DNA of 64,000 nucleotides from an uncultured Brevundimonas sp. (GCF_963974615.1 NZ_CAXBDH010000012.1:29270-93269), one strand, 5' to 3'; positions 30,757 through 40,726 are shown, counted from the stretch's first letter. Notes: a model not told the origin generated them from the letters alone. Numbers and translations: made by a program.

Positions 30757-31421
30757 TCTGCCTCAGTCCGGCGATTCTGCGCGATGCGCCACAGCAGGTC
30801 TGGCAGACGATCCTGACCGAAGAAGGGCTCGCCGCGATAAACGAACAGCGGCACGCCCCAGTGACCCGCCGCCGCCTGGGCTGCCTCATGAGCGTCCAGC
30901 ACTGCGTCCAGCCGGTCAGCATCGGCCACGGCACCAGACTCCAGCGTCGCCGGATCCAGTCCGGCCGCGACGGCGGCACGGGCCAGATGATCGCCCTGGT
31001 CCCAGCCGTCGACCTCGCCCGACCAGATCAGATGCGAGACCGCCTCGACATAGGCCAGACCCGCGCCCTGTTCGGCCGCCAGCACACCCAGTCGGCTCAG
31101 ACGGCCGATATAGGGCTGGTCGGCGGCGATGGTCCCGCTCGCCAGATCCTGTACGACCGGATCGGGCCGCGGCCAGCGAAACGACAGACCCAGACGTTCG
31201 GCGATCCGGGTCACGTCCCGGAACAGATAGGGCGGCCACATCGGATTGACCGACTTGAAAAAGTCCGGGGTCCGCACGGCCAGCGGCCGCACCACGCGCA
31301 GGACGAAGTCGATGTCGTGTTCAACCGCCAGCGCCCGGACCTGGCTGACCGCCAGCCAGGAATAGGGACTGCGGAACGAGAAGTAGAAGTCGACCGGGGC
31401 CGGTGTCACCCCGGCGGCCAT
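30753..31421 (-). CDS. DsbA-family thioredoxin-fold protein (2-hydroxychromene-2-carboxylate isomerase-like)
   Basis: VDFYFSFRSPYSWLA N-terminus is typical of the HCCA isomerase / DsbA-like family. The ATG overlaps the era TGA by 1 nt (31423-31419). Confidence 0.75.
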   Translation of the reverse strand: MAAGVTPAPVDFYFSFRSPYSWLAVSQVRALAVEHDIDFVLRVVRPLAVRTPDFFKSVNPMWPPYLFRDVTRIAERLGLSFRWPRPDPVVQDLASGTIAADQPYIGRLSRLGVLAAEQGAGLAYVEAVSHLIWSGEVDGWDQGDHLARAAVAAGLDPATLESGAVADADRLDAVLDAHEAAQAAAGHWGVPLFVYRGEPFFGQDRLPDLLWRIAQNRRTEAD

Positions 31422-32374
31422 CAGGCGTTGAAGTCCAGGCCGAACTGGGCGTACAGCGCCTTGCTGTCCTGCCATTTCGGGTCGACCTTGACCGTGACGA
31501 ACAGGTGGACCTGACGGTCCAAAAGCAGGGTCAGTTCCTCGCGCGACTTCTGGCCGATCCATTTCAGCGTCTGGCCGCCCTTGCCGATGATGATCGGCCG
31601 CTGGCTCTCGCGCTCAACATAGACGGTCTGTTCGATCCGCACCGAGCCGTCCGGTTTCTCGTCAAAGGCCGTGGTCTCGACCGCCGCCGAATAGGGCAGC
31701 TCTTCGTGGACGCGCAGATACAGTTTTTCGCGCGTGATCTCGGCCGCCAGCACCCGGATCGGCACGTCGGCGCTCTGGTCCTCGGGATACAGCCAGTGCC
31801 CCTTGGGCATGCCCCGGGCCAGCCGCTGCTTCAGGTCATCGACCCCGTCACCGCTCAGGGCCGAGATCATATAGACCTCGGAATAGACGCCGGTTTCGAA
31901 CAGGGCGTGGGACAGGGCCAGCAGGGTGTCGCGGCGCATGCCGTCGATCTTGTTCAGGGCCAGAATGACCTGGACCCCGGTCGCCTTGAGATTGGCGATG
32001 ATGGTTTCGGTATCCTCGGCCGAGCGGCGGTCAGCGGGCGTTCCATCCTTGCCTTCCGAAGCGATATGCGAGGCCGCGTCGATCAGGTGAACGACCACGT
32101 CGGCGTCCTGGGCTCCACCCCAGGCTGAGGCGACCATGGCCCGGTCCAGCCGGCGGCGCGGCGTGAAGATACCGGGGGTGTCGACCAGAACGATCTGGGC
32201 GTCGCCGTCGATGGCGATCCCGCGCACGGGAAAGCGCGTCGTCTGAACCTTCTGGGTCACGATCGAGACCTTCGACCCCGTCAGCCGATTGACCAGCGTC
32301 GACTTTCCGGCGTTCGGCGCGCCGATAATGGCGGCGAATCCGGCGTGCTGGTTGGGGTTTTCGGTATCGGTCAA
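31421..32374 (-). CDS. era: GTPase Era
   Basis: GAPNAGKST (G1), DTPG (G3), NKID (G4) and a C-terminal KH domain. TTG start forms a TTGA overlap with the rnc stop. Confidence 0.95.
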   Translation of the reverse strand: MTDTENPNQHAGFAAIIGAPNAGKSTLVNRLTGSKVSIVTQKVQTTRFPVRGIAIDGDAQIVLVDTPGIFTPRRRLDRAMVASAWGGAQDADVVVHLIDAASHIASEGKDGTPADRRSAEDTETIIANLKATGVQVILALNKIDGMRRDTLLALSHALFETGVYSEVYMISALSGDGVDDLKQRLARGMPKGHWLYPEDQSADVPIRVLAAEITREKLYLRVHEELPYSAAVETTAFDEKPDGSVRIEQTVYVERESQRPIIIGKGGQTLKWIGQKSREELTLLLDRQVHLFVTVKVDPKWQDSKALYAQFGLDFNA

Positions 32375-33087
32375 ATCAAGCCTTCACGTTTCAGGAGTGC
32401 CGTCGCGGCCGCCTTCTCCGCCTCCTGACGTGATCGGCCGGTCGCGGTCAAGGCTTCGACCCCTTCTACCACGGCTTCGACGGTGAAAGTGGGGGCATGA
32501 TCGGACCCGCTGCGATTGACTACGCGATAGACCGGCAGGGGCCGCCCCAGCTTCAGCGCCCATTCCTGCAGCACCGATTTCGGATTGCTGACGGCCCGTT
32601 GCGGCGCGGCAGCGAATTCCGGGGCCCAGGCCCGGTCGAAGACCTGACGGGCGGCGTCGAGGCCGCCATCGAAATAGACCGCGGCGAGAATAGCCTCCAT
32701 GGCGTCGCCCAGCACGCTCTCGCGGCGGCGACCGCCCTGTTTGGATTCCCCGGCCGACAGACGCATGGCCGGTCCGACTCCGAGGGCCTCGGCCACGCGG
32801 GCGCAGGCGACCTTGTCGACCAGGCTGTGCAGGCGCGAGGACATGTCGCCCTCATCAGCCTCGGGAAAGTCCCGCATCAACCGTTCAGCCACCAGCAGAC
32901 CCAGGACCCGGTCGCCGAGGAACTCCAGCCGTTGATTGTCGAGAATGGGCCGTCCTGCGGCATCCCGCACTGCGCCCTCGCCGACGCTGGCATGGGTCAG
33001 GGCGCGCTCCAGCAGGGCTGGATCATGAAACGCATAGCCGAGGCGGCCCCGGAATGTGGTGACCGCCTCGGCCCTGAGATTGGCCAT
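32371..33087 (-). CDS. rnc: Ribonuclease III
   Basis: RNase III signature NQRLEFLGDRVL plus a C-terminal dsRBD (PKSVLQEWA...GSDHAPTF). The start at MANLRAE has a 1-nt overlap with the lepB stop. Confidence 0.9.
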   Translation of the reverse strand: MANLRAEAVTTFRGRLGYAFHDPALLERALTHASVGEGAVRDAAGRPILDNQRLEFLGDRVLGLLVAERLMRDFPEADEGDMSSRLHSLVDKVACARVAEALGVGPAMRLSAGESKQGGRRRESVLGDAMEAILAAVYFDGGLDAARQVFDRAWAPEFAAAPQRAVSNPKSVLQEWALKLGRPLPVYRVVNRSGSDHAPTFTVEAVVEGVEALTATGRSRQEAEKAAATALLKREGLI

Positions 33088-34244
33088 CAGTCCAGAACGG
33101 TGAAGAACCGGCTCGGACGAATCTTCGAGAACCAGCTGACCGGATTCCACAGCGAAGCTCCCGGCGACCAGGAGAACATGATGATCTGCGCCTTGCCGAC
33201 CAGATTTTCGGCCGGCACCAGACCGACGCCGCCGCGCTCCGGATACTCCCGGCTGTCGACCGAATTATCGCGATTGTCGCCCATCATGAAATAATGGCCG
33301 GCCGGAACGGTGAAGACCTCGGTGTTGTCGAGCGGGAAGCCCGGGCCGAAATCATTGATCGTGAAGTCCTTGCCGCCGGGCAGGGTCTCGACCAGGCGGG
33401 TCACCGGACGCGGGCCGAAACTGTCGGCGACCTGCGTCTGGTTCACCACCACATCCTGAACCAGGGTTCCGTTGAGGAACAGCTGGTTATTGATCATCTG
33501 GATCCGGTCGCCCGGCAGGCCGATCACCCGCTTGATGTAGTCGGTCCTGTTGTCCGACGGCAGTTTGAACACCGCGATATCGCCACGATGGGGCGACCGC
33601 TCGAGGATCCGGCCATTGAACAGCCCCGGGCTGCCCGGAATGGAGTGTTTGGAGTAGCCGTAGCTCCATTTGGTCACGACGATATAGTCGCCCTCATAGA
33701 GGTTGGGCTCCATCGACGCCGATGGGATGGTGAAGGGCTGGAACAGGAAGACCCGCAGAACCAGCGCGATCAGCAGGGCGAACACGATCGTCTTCACGAT
33801 CTCGACGAACTCGTTACCGGCACCGCCGGACGATTTTCCCGACGACTTGTCGCGCGCCGCTACCGGCACAGGGTCCGTTTCTTCGAAAGGCGCATCGCCG
33901 TCATCGCTCCAGACCGGACGCTTTTCGTCGCCGCCTGCAACGGGCGCTGCCTCGGCCACGTCATGATGGGATTCCGTAGTCTCGCTGTGGGCATGCGCTC
34001 CGTCATCATGAATTTCATGCGCGTGGGCCTCATGGCCGTGATCGTCATGACCCGCGACAGCCTCGTGGTGCCCATGGTCGGCAGGGACATCTTCAGGGGC
34101 ATGTCCGGCGTGATCCTCGGCCGGCACGGCTGAATGAGGCTCATCATGACCCTGCGGTGCGGCATCATGGTCCACTGCCGCAGCAGCGTGATCGTCATGA
34201 TGGCCGGACTCGTGCGCATCGTGCGGCTTGTGTTCGTCGCTCAT
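33087..34244 (-). CDS. lepB: Signal peptidase I with a long His/Asp-rich N-terminal extension
   Basis: S26 core (IPSASMEPNL, GDIAVF, YIKRVIGLPGD, GDNRDNSVDSR) preceded by one TM helix. The N-terminal ~140 aa is low complexity and His-rich. ATG 34244 has AAGGG 5 nt upstream and sits only 59 nt from the acpS stop. Confidence 0.85.
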   Translation of the reverse strand: MSDEHKPHDAHESGHHDDHAAAAVDHDAAPQGHDEPHSAVPAEDHAGHAPEDVPADHGHHEAVAGHDDHGHEAHAHEIHDDGAHAHSETTESHHDVAEAAPVAGGDEKRPVWSDDGDAPFEETDPVPVAARDKSSGKSSGGAGNEFVEIVKTIVFALLIALVLRVFLFQPFTIPSASMEPNLYEGDYIVVTKWSYGYSKHSIPGSPGLFNGRILERSPHRGDIAVFKLPSDNRTDYIKRVIGLPGDRIQMINNQLFLNGTLVQDVVVNQTQVADSFGPRPVTRLVETLPGGKDFTINDFGPGFPLDNTEVFTVPAGHYFMMGDNRDNSVDSREYPERGGVGLVPAENLVGKAQIIMFSWSPGASLWNPVSWFSKIRPSRFFTVLD

Positions 34245-34303
34245 GTAACCCTTGTCCCCCAGCCGCTGTCCGCGGTTTTTGACTGCGCACGGGTATAACG
34301 TGA

Positions 34304-34711
34304 TTAAGCCATCGGCAAGGCTTCGATCACCACGAAGGCGAGTGCATACGGATACTCGTCGCTGAGCGTCAGGTGTATCCGGGCTTCGTGACCGTCAGGT
34401 GTCAGCCGGACCAGGTGATCGGCCGCGTGGCCCGTCAAGGTCAGCGTCGGCTGACCGCTGCGCTGATTCACCACCCCCATGTCCCGCCAGTAGACGTCAC
34501 GGCGCATCCCTGTTCCCAGGGCCTTGGCGCAGGCCTCCTTGGCCGCGAAACGCTTGGCGTAGCTCCAGGCCGGCTCGGGCTTGCGGTCAGACCGGGCGCG
34601 CTCCAGTTCCGTGAAGCAGCGCAGTTTGAACCGGTCGCCGAACCGCTCCAGCGAGGTCTGGATGCGGCGAATATCGGTCAGATCCGTTCCGATACCGAGG
34701 ATCATCGGCAA
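34304..34711 (-). CDS. acpS: Holo-[acyl-carrier-protein] synthase
   Basis: [14 protein letters not shown]..., [14 protein letters not shown] motifs. Overlaps the pdxJ 3' end. Confidence 0.85.
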   Translation of the reverse strand: MPMILGIGTDLTDIRRIQTSLERFGDRFKLRCFTELERARSDRKPEPAWSYAKRFAAKEACAKALGTGMRRDVYWRDMGVVNQRSGQPTLTLTGHAADHLVRLTPDGHEARIHLTLSDEYPYALAFVVIEALPMA

Positions 34712-35442
34712 GCCTCGTCCATCACCGTGCGCATGCGCCGCACGGCCGCATCCAGCCCGACAAAGACCGCCTCCCCGATCAGGAAATGGCCGATGTTCAG
34801 TTCGCGAATATGCGGAATGGCCAGCATTCGGGCTGCCGTGGCGAAATCCAGTCCGTGACCCGCATGAACCTCGATTCCTTGCTGATCTGCTGACTCCGCT
34901 CCAGATCGTATACGGCTGAATTCATTCATCTGGTCCTGGCCCTGCAAATGGCAGTAGCGCCCCGTGTGAAACTCGATCACATCGGCCCCGACGGTCGCTG
35001 CCGCCGCGATCTGGCGGGGATCGGCCTCGATGAACAGGGACACCCGGATGCCGGCCGCCTTCAGCGTCGAAACGACCGGGGCGATCCGGGCCTCGTTCCC
35101 GGCGACCGCCAGACCGCCCTCAGTGGTCACCTCCTCGCGCCGTTCGGGCACCAGACAGGCGGCGTGCGGCCGGTGACGCAGGGCGATGGCCAGCATCTCG
35201 TCGGTGACGGCCATTTCCAGATTCAGCGGCCTTTGTGAGCCCGCGCACAGCGCGACCAGAGCCTCAATGTCGGTATCGGTGATGTGGCGTCGATCCTCAC
35301 GCAGATGCGCCGTGATCCCGTCTGCGCCGGCCGCCAGCGCTTCCCGGGCCGCGCGAACCGGGTCGGGGTGGACGCCGCCGCGGGCGTTCCTGACCGTCGC
35401 CACATGATCGATATTGACGCCAAGCCGGACGCGATCCCTCAT
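34702..35442 (-). CDS. pdxJ: Pyridoxine 5'-phosphate synthase
   Basis: [39 protein letters not shown] motifs. Confidence 0.9.
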   Translation of the reverse strand: MRDRVRLGVNIDHVATVRNARGGVHPDPVRAAREALAAGADGITAHLREDRRHITDTDIEALVALCAGSQRPLNLEMAVTDEMLAIALRHRPHAACLVPERREEVTTEGGLAVAGNEARIAPVVSTLKAAGIRVSLFIEADPRQIAAAATVGADVIEFHTGRYCHLQGQDQMNEFSRIRSGAESADQQGIEVHAGHGLDFATAARMLAIPHIRELNIGHFLIGEAVFVGLDAAVRRMRTVMDEACR

Positions 35443-35451
35443 CGTCGCCTC

Positions 35452-36075
35452 CTAGGCTCCGGCCAGACGACGGCTGCCGGGATCCTCGATCGGCAGCGCC
35501 GCCAATTCCGGCGGCAGGGCATCGGCGGGCCAGGCCGGTACATCCAGCGTCGCCAGGGCGATCAGGGGAACGCCGACGTCAGCGCGCCCACCGGAGCGAT
35601 CGACGATACAGGCCGCGGCCACGACCTCGCCCCCGGCGGCCTGGATCGCCGCGATACATTCGCGTGAGCTTAACCCCGTGGTGACGATGTCCTCGACCAT
35701 CACCACCTTTTGGCCCCGCTCGATCTGGAAGCCGCGCCGCAGTTTGAAGGTCCCGCCCTCACGCTCGACATACATCGACGGCACCTTGAGGTGGCGGGCC
35801 GTCTCATAGCCGGGAATGATCCCGCCCACGGCCGGGGAGATAGCCACATCGACCGGTCCGACGGCGGCGATGATCTTCTGCGCCAGCGCCTTGCACAGCC
35901 GTTCGCAGCGCGCGCCGTCCATGAACACGAGGTTCTTCTGCAGGAAGACCGGGCTGTGCAGGCCGGAGGACAGGACGAAATGTCCCTCGCGCAGGGCACC
36001 CACGGCGCGGAACTCGTTCAGGACGTCTTCTGAGGTCATGGGCATCGTCATAACGATCCCCGGTGCCCACGGCAA
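35452..36075 (-). CDS. pyrE: Orotate phosphoribosyltransferase
   Basis: [11 protein letters not shown] and the PRPP-binding loop [13 protein letters not shown]. The true start may be one of the Met codons at 36051, 36045 or 36039. Confidence 0.85.
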   Translation of the reverse strand: MPWAPGIVMTMPMTSEDVLNEFRAVGALREGHFVLSSGLHSPVFLQKNLVFMDGARCERLCKALAQKIIAAVGPVDVAISPAVGGIIPGYETARHLKVPSMYVEREGGTFKLRRGFQIERGQKVVMVEDIVTTGLSSRECIAAIQAAGGEVVAAACIVDRSGGRADVGVPLIALATLDVPAWPADALPPELAALPIEDPGSRRLAGA

Positions 36076-36078
36076 AGC

Positions 36079-38259
36079 CTATCCCCGCGTGCGCTCGACC
36101 GTGTCGACCGAGGGATTGGCGCGCAGGGCCGCCATGATGGTGGTGGCATGTTTGGCATCCTCGACCTCGAGGTCGATATCGACATCGAAGAAATCCTGCT
36201 GGCGCAGTTTCATCACCAGATTGAGGATATTGCCGCCGGCCTCCCCGATCAGGGTGGCAACCTCGCCGAGGACCCCCGGCGCGTTCTTGATGGTGGCATG
36301 CAAACGGGCGGCGGCGACCGCGCCCTGCTCGGCATGGGCTGTCCATTGCAGATCCTGCCAGACCGAATCGTCATCGGCGACATCCGCCAGGCGTTGGCAA
36401 TCTATGGTGTGCACCGTCAGACCCACGTCCGGCTCAAGGATACCGACAATGCGGTCGCCCGGGACAGGAGAACAGCACTGGCCGAAATGAACGCTGATGC
36501 CCGGGGTCAGACCCCCGCCGCGCACAAACAGTCGCGCCTGCTCGTCCACAATCCGGGTACGGTCAGGTCCGGCCTTCATCCGCCCCTTCAGGGCCGGGAA
36601 CAACGTCTCCGCGACCTTGGCGGCCGGCAGTCGCCCCCGACCGATAGCTTCATAAAGGTCATCCTCGCTGGCGATCGCCATTGTTTCCAGAACGGACACC
36701 AGCGAGACTTCGGCCAGCAGCTTTTCACCCCGGGCCAGGGTCTGCTCCAGGGTCGCCCGGCCCAGCTTCTGAAACTCTTCGCGCTCGCTGGTGCGAATGT
36801 GGCGACGGATCGCCGAGCGGGCGCGACCGGTGACAGTCAACGACCGCCAGTCGGCCGGAATTTCCCGCTTGGCCCCGCGAATGACCTCGACCACGTCACC
36901 GTTCTGAAGCTGGGTCCGCATCGGCTTCAGCTCGCCGTTGATCTTGACCCCGACAGCCGTGTCCCCGACCTCCGTATGAACCGCATAGGCGAAATCCAGC
37001 GCCATACCGCCCCGGGGCAGGGTGATCAGAGCCCCCTTGGGGGTGAACACGAAGACCTGGTCGAGATACATTTCCAGCTTGGCGTGTTCGACCCAGTCCT
37101 CACCGCCCTCGCCGTGCTCGATGACCTGCACCAGATGCCGCAGATTTTGCAGGGGGTCACGACCGCCATCCCGCTCCATGGCCTCCTGATCGAAGCCGTA
37201 GCTCTTGTTCTTGTAGGCCCAGTGCGCGGCCACGCCGTCCTCGGCGACGCGATCCATGGCCTCGGTGCGGATCTGCATCTCGATGCGCAGACCGGACGGG
37301 CCGACGACCGTCGTGTGCAGCGAACGGTAATTGTTGGATTTCGGCGTCGAGATGAAATCCTTGAACCGCTCCGGCACGACCGGCCAGGCGCGATGGATCA
37401 CACCCAGGGCCCGATAGCAGTCGTCCTCGGCCTGAAGGATGACGCGAAACCCGTAGATGTCCGACAGGGACGAAAAGCCGACGGATTTACGCTGCAACTT
37501 CCTCCAGATCGAATAGGGCGTCTTCTGACGCCCGAAGACATGCGCCTTGACCCCGGCTTCGGCCAGCACCTTTTCCACTTCGCTCGATACGCCGGCGATG
37601 GCCCGGCCATGCTCCAGCTTCAGCGCTTCCAGCCGCCGTTCAATCGCTGTCCGCGCCGTGGGATTCAGATGTTCAAACGCCAGCTCTTCCAGCTCGGAAG
37701 CGATCGAATGGATACCGATTGATCGACCCAGCGGGGCATAGACCTCGAGCGTCTCGCGGCTGATGCGTTCGCGCTTCTCCGGCTTGACGTATTTCAGGGT
37801 CCGCATGTTGTGCAGACGGTCAGCCAGCTTGACCAGCAGAACCCGGACGTCCCGGGAGATGGCCAGGATGAATTTGCGCAGGTTCTCGGCCTGACGCGTG
37901 TGCTCGGCCTGGAGTTCCAGTCGACTCAGCTTGGTCACCCCCTCGACCAGGGAGGCGATCTCCTCGCCGAACATGGCCGCGATATCATCCCGGGTGGCCG
38001 AGGTGTCCTCGACCACATCGTGCAACAGGGCGGTGACGATGCTGGCGGTGTCGAGCTTGTAGTCGGTCAGAATGCCCGCGACCTGGATGGGGTGGGCGAA
38101 ATAGGGGTCGCCCGAGGCCCGCAACTGCGAACCGTGCATCTTCATCGCATAGACATAGGCCCGGTTCAGCAACGCCTCGTCGGCGGTCGGGTCATAGGCC
38201 TTGACGGCTTCGATCAGCTCGAACTGCCGCAGGACCGGCGCACGATGAGGGGTAATCAC
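36079..38259 (-). CDS. spoT: Bifunctional (p)ppGpp synthetase / hydrolase (RelA/SpoT homolog)
   Basis: HD domain (HPIQVAGIL...LLHDVVEDT), synthetase domain (YRSLHTTV), and TGS and ACT regions. GTG start. Confidence 0.9.
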   Translation of the reverse strand: MITPHRAPVLRQFELIEAVKAYDPTADEALLNRAYVYAMKMHGSQLRASGDPYFAHPIQVAGILTDYKLDTASIVTALLHDVVEDTSATRDDIAAMFGEEIASLVEGVTKLSRLELQAEHTRQAENLRKFILAISRDVRVLLVKLADRLHNMRTLKYVKPEKRERISRETLEVYAPLGRSIGIHSIASELEELAFEHLNPTARTAIERRLEALKLEHGRAIAGVSSEVEKVLAEAGVKAHVFGRQKTPYSIWRKLQRKSVGFSSLSDIYGFRVILQAEDDCYRALGVIHRAWPVVPERFKDFISTPKSNNYRSLHTTVVGPSGLRIEMQIRTEAMDRVAEDGVAAHWAYKNKSYGFDQEAMERDGGRDPLQNLRHLVQVIEHGEGGEDWVEHAKLEMYLDQVFVFTPKGALITLPRGGMALDFAYAVHTEVGDTAVGVKINGELKPMRTQLQNGDVVEVIRGAKREIPADWRSLTVTGRARSAIRRHIRTSEREEFQKLGRATLEQTLARGEKLLAEVSLVSVLETMAIASEDDLYEAIGRGRLPAAKVAETLFPALKGRMKAGPDRTRIVDEQARLFVRGGGLTPGISVHFGQCCSPVPGDRIVGILEPDVGLTVHTIDCQRLADVADDDSVWQDLQWTAHAEQGAVAAARLHATIKNAPGVLGEVATLIGEAGGNILNLVMKLRQQDFFDVDIDLEVEDAKHATTIMAALRANPSVDTVERTRG

Positions 38260-38363
38260 GTCTTCAGAAGAGACGCGATCCTTGCTGTTCGTAGTTTCGT
38301 GAGCCGACGGAGCCTTCGACGGCCGCGCCGGCAGTATAGTGATACCGTTGGCGGGTTCTGCCG

Positions 38364-38723
38364 TCAGTATCGCTCCTCCTGCCCACCGTCGCGGTCGCTT
38401 TGCAGCGCACGGATCAGCTCGGCTTCGGCCATGTTCATGTGCTGCGGTTCGGCCAGCAGGGCCACGACCTCGGCCTCATCCTCGGCCTCGGTACGTTCGT
38501 CGACACGCTGCAGGGTGACAATGACCGTCTCGCGCAGTTCGTCCGGCTTGACCGTGGACTCAGCCAGTTCGCGCAGGGCCACGACCGGGTTCTTGTCGTT
38601 ATCCCGATCAAGCGTCAACGGCGCGCCATTGGCGATGGCGCGGGCACGATTGCCGGCTAACAGAACCAGACCGAAACGGTTCGGCACCTTTTCGATGCAG
38701 TCTTCGACAGTGACGCGGGCCAT
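38364..38723 (-). CDS. rpoZ: DNA-directed RNA polymerase subunit omega
   Basis: [28 protein letters not shown] is the canonical RpoZ N-terminus. Lies upstream of spoT, as is typical. Confidence 0.9.
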   Translation of the reverse strand: MARVTVEDCIEKVPNRFGLVLLAGNRARAIANGAPLTLDRDNDKNPVVALRELAESTVKPDELRETVIVTLQRVDERTEAEDEAEVVALLAEPQHMNMAEAELIRALQSDRDGGQEERY

Positions 38724-38914
38724 GAAAATCCTTTGGCGACGGGGAGAACCGAGCAAAGTAAAGCGTTACGCGCGTTTGTGCAACGCCGCATGGGCAGGAA
38801 TGAGGCGCGATCCCGGGCTGAATCGCGATCGCACCGTGAGCCTGACGTTTGGTCAGGCGACCGAACCCCGGTCATTGACCCAATCCTGGCGAACGAAACG
38901 GCGAAGCGCAACCG

Positions 38915-39502
38915 TTACGCGGGGCCAGCGGCCCTCGCGCTCTTGTCCGGAATGTGAGCATCCCGCCCGACCGTGGCCGATCCGGCCAACTGCCCGGCGC
39001 TTGTGCCCGTGACGGGATGGATCCAGTCCGGGGCGATTTCGGCCAGGGGGGCCATAACGAACAGGCGTTCTGCCGCCCGCGGATGGGGCAGGATCAGCCC
39101 GTCCAGATCGCCCTTCAGTCGCCCATAGGCGACCAGGTCGAGATCCAGGGTGCGCGGCGCGTTGCGCGTTACCCGCTGCCGTCCGAACGCTTCCTCGATC
39201 CGCCCCAACACGGCCATCAGGGCGTGGGGGTCATGCGCGGTTCGCACCATCACCACCCCGTTCATAAACGGAGGGTCGTTCGGGTCCGGCCAGGCCTGTG
39301 ACTGCCACCAGGACGACTGCGCCATGATATCGACGCCTTCGGACCGGAAGCGGGCTACAGCCGCATCGAGCGCCTCGTGGCACGAGACCCAGGCCCCCTT
39401 GTCATTGCACCCCAGCGCAACGAAGACTGCATCTTCCAGATCCGGCAGTCCGTCGATTCTGACGGAGACCGGGCCCGCTTTTTCGGGAATATCCTTGTCC
39501 AT
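38915..39502 (-). CDS. folK: 2-amino-4-hydroxy-6-hydroxymethyldihydropteridine diphosphokinase
   Basis: HPPK motifs (VFVALGCN, RTLDLDLV, LPHPR). The only ATG/GTG/TTG start upstream of the conserved core is ATG 39502. Confidence 0.8.
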   Translation of the reverse strand: MDKDIPEKAGPVSVRIDGLPDLEDAVFVALGCNDKGAWVSCHEALDAAVARFRSEGVDIMAQSSWWQSQAWPDPNDPPFMNGVVMVRTAHDPHALMAVLGRIEEAFGRQRVTRNAPRTLDLDLVAYGRLKGDLDGLILPHPRAAERLFVMAPLAEIAPDWIHPVTGTSAGQLAGSATVGRDAHIPDKSARAAGPA

Positions 39503-40082
39503 GATCCTGTATCCGACCGACCGTGTGGCCCTGTTCATTGACGGGGCCAATCTCTATTCGGCGGCCAAGGCGCTGAACGCCGATCTCGACTTCAAGAAGC
39601 TGGTCGGGTCGTTCGGTGAAAGGGCCGTCCTGACGCGGGCCTATTATTACACGGCAGTGATCGAGGGCGAAGAGTTCTCGCCGATCCGGCCGCTGATCGA
39701 TTTTCTCGACTACAACGGCTTCACCGTGGTGACCAAGCCGGTGAAACGCTTCACCGACGGTCAGGGTCAGACGCGGATCAAGGGCAATATGGACATCGAG
39801 ATCGCGGTCGACATGCTGGAACTGGCCCCGCACATCGATCACGCAGTCCTGTTCTCGGGCGACGGAGACTTCCGCCGGGTGGTCGAGGCGGTGCAGGCCC
39901 GGGGCGTTCGGGTCACTGTGGTGTCGTCGATGAAGACCCAGCCCCCCCATATCGCCGACGAATTGCGCCGCCAGGCCGACGCCTTTGTCGAGCTGGCGGA
40001 CATGCTGGCCGAGTTCGGGCGTGTCCGTGACCCCCTGCACCCGCCTTCGCTCAGGACCTTTGTCCCGGAGGACCGGGATTGA
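39501..40082 (+). CDS. NYN domain-containing (LabA-like) putative RNase
   Basis: DRVALFIDGANLY...NMDIEIAVDML...AVLFSGDGDF is the LabA/NYN signature. ATG 39501 is the only Met upstream of the domain. Confidence 0.75.
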   Translation: MILYPTDRVALFIDGANLYSAAKALNADLDFKKLVGSFGERAVLTRAYYYTAVIEGEEFSPIRPLIDFLDYNGFTVVTKPVKRFTDGQGQTRIKGNMDIEIAVDMLELAPHIDHAVLFSGDGDFRRVVEAVQARGVRVTVVSSMKTQPPHIADELRRQADAFVELADMLAEFGRVRDPLHPPSLRTFVPEDRD

Positions 40083-40726
40083 CCGTGACCGACTATCCGC
40101 CCGAGGCCCCGCAGGATTGTGCCCTCTGCCCCCGGTTGGTGGCCTACAGGCAGGAAAACGCGCGGCAGAATCCTGACTGGTTCAACGGTGCCGCACCCTC
40201 GTTCGGGGACCCGGATGCCCGCTTGCTCATCGCCGGACTGGCTCCGGGCCGCACCGGGGCCAATCGCACGGGCCGGCCCTTCACCGGAGATCACGCCGGC
40301 CTGTTGCTGTACGACACACTGAAGAAGACCGGTTTCGCCACGGGGGACTATGACGCCCGCCCCGACGACTCGCTCACCCTGGTCGACTGCATGGTCACCA
40401 ATGCGGTGCGATGCGCGCCGCCGGGCAACAAGCCCCTGCCGGTGGAGGAGGCGACCTGTCGTCCCTTCCTCGTCTCCCGGATCGCCGCCCTGCCGCGGCT
40501 CAGGGTCATTGTCACGCTCGGTGACGTGTCACGGCGCAATGTGCTCAAGGCCCTGGGTCTGCCGGCCTCCGCCGCGCCGCCCGGGCACGGCGTGGAAGCT
40601 CCGGTCGGCCCCTATGTTCTGCTGAACAGCTATCATTGCTCGCGGCTCAACACGAACACCGGCCGCCTGACACCCGGGATGTTCGAGGCTGTTTTCCGGC
40701 GCGCACGGACCCTGATCGGGACCTGA
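40079..40726 (+). CDS. Uracil-DNA glycosylase superfamily protein (family 4/5-like)
   Basis: CALCPRL..., GLAPGRTGANRTGRPFTGD motif A, and a C-terminal HCS..NT motif B region. TTG start overlaps the NYN gene stop. Confidence 0.8.
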   Translation: MTVTDYPPEAPQDCALCPRLVAYRQENARQNPDWFNGAAPSFGDPDARLLIAGLAPGRTGANRTGRPFTGDHAGLLLYDTLKKTGFATGDYDARPDDSLTLVDCMVTNAVRCAPPGNKPLPVEEATCRPFLVSRIAALPRLRVIVTLGDVSRRNVLKALGLPASAAPPGHGVEAPVGPYVLLNSYHCSRLNTNTGRLTPGMFEAVFRRARTLIGT

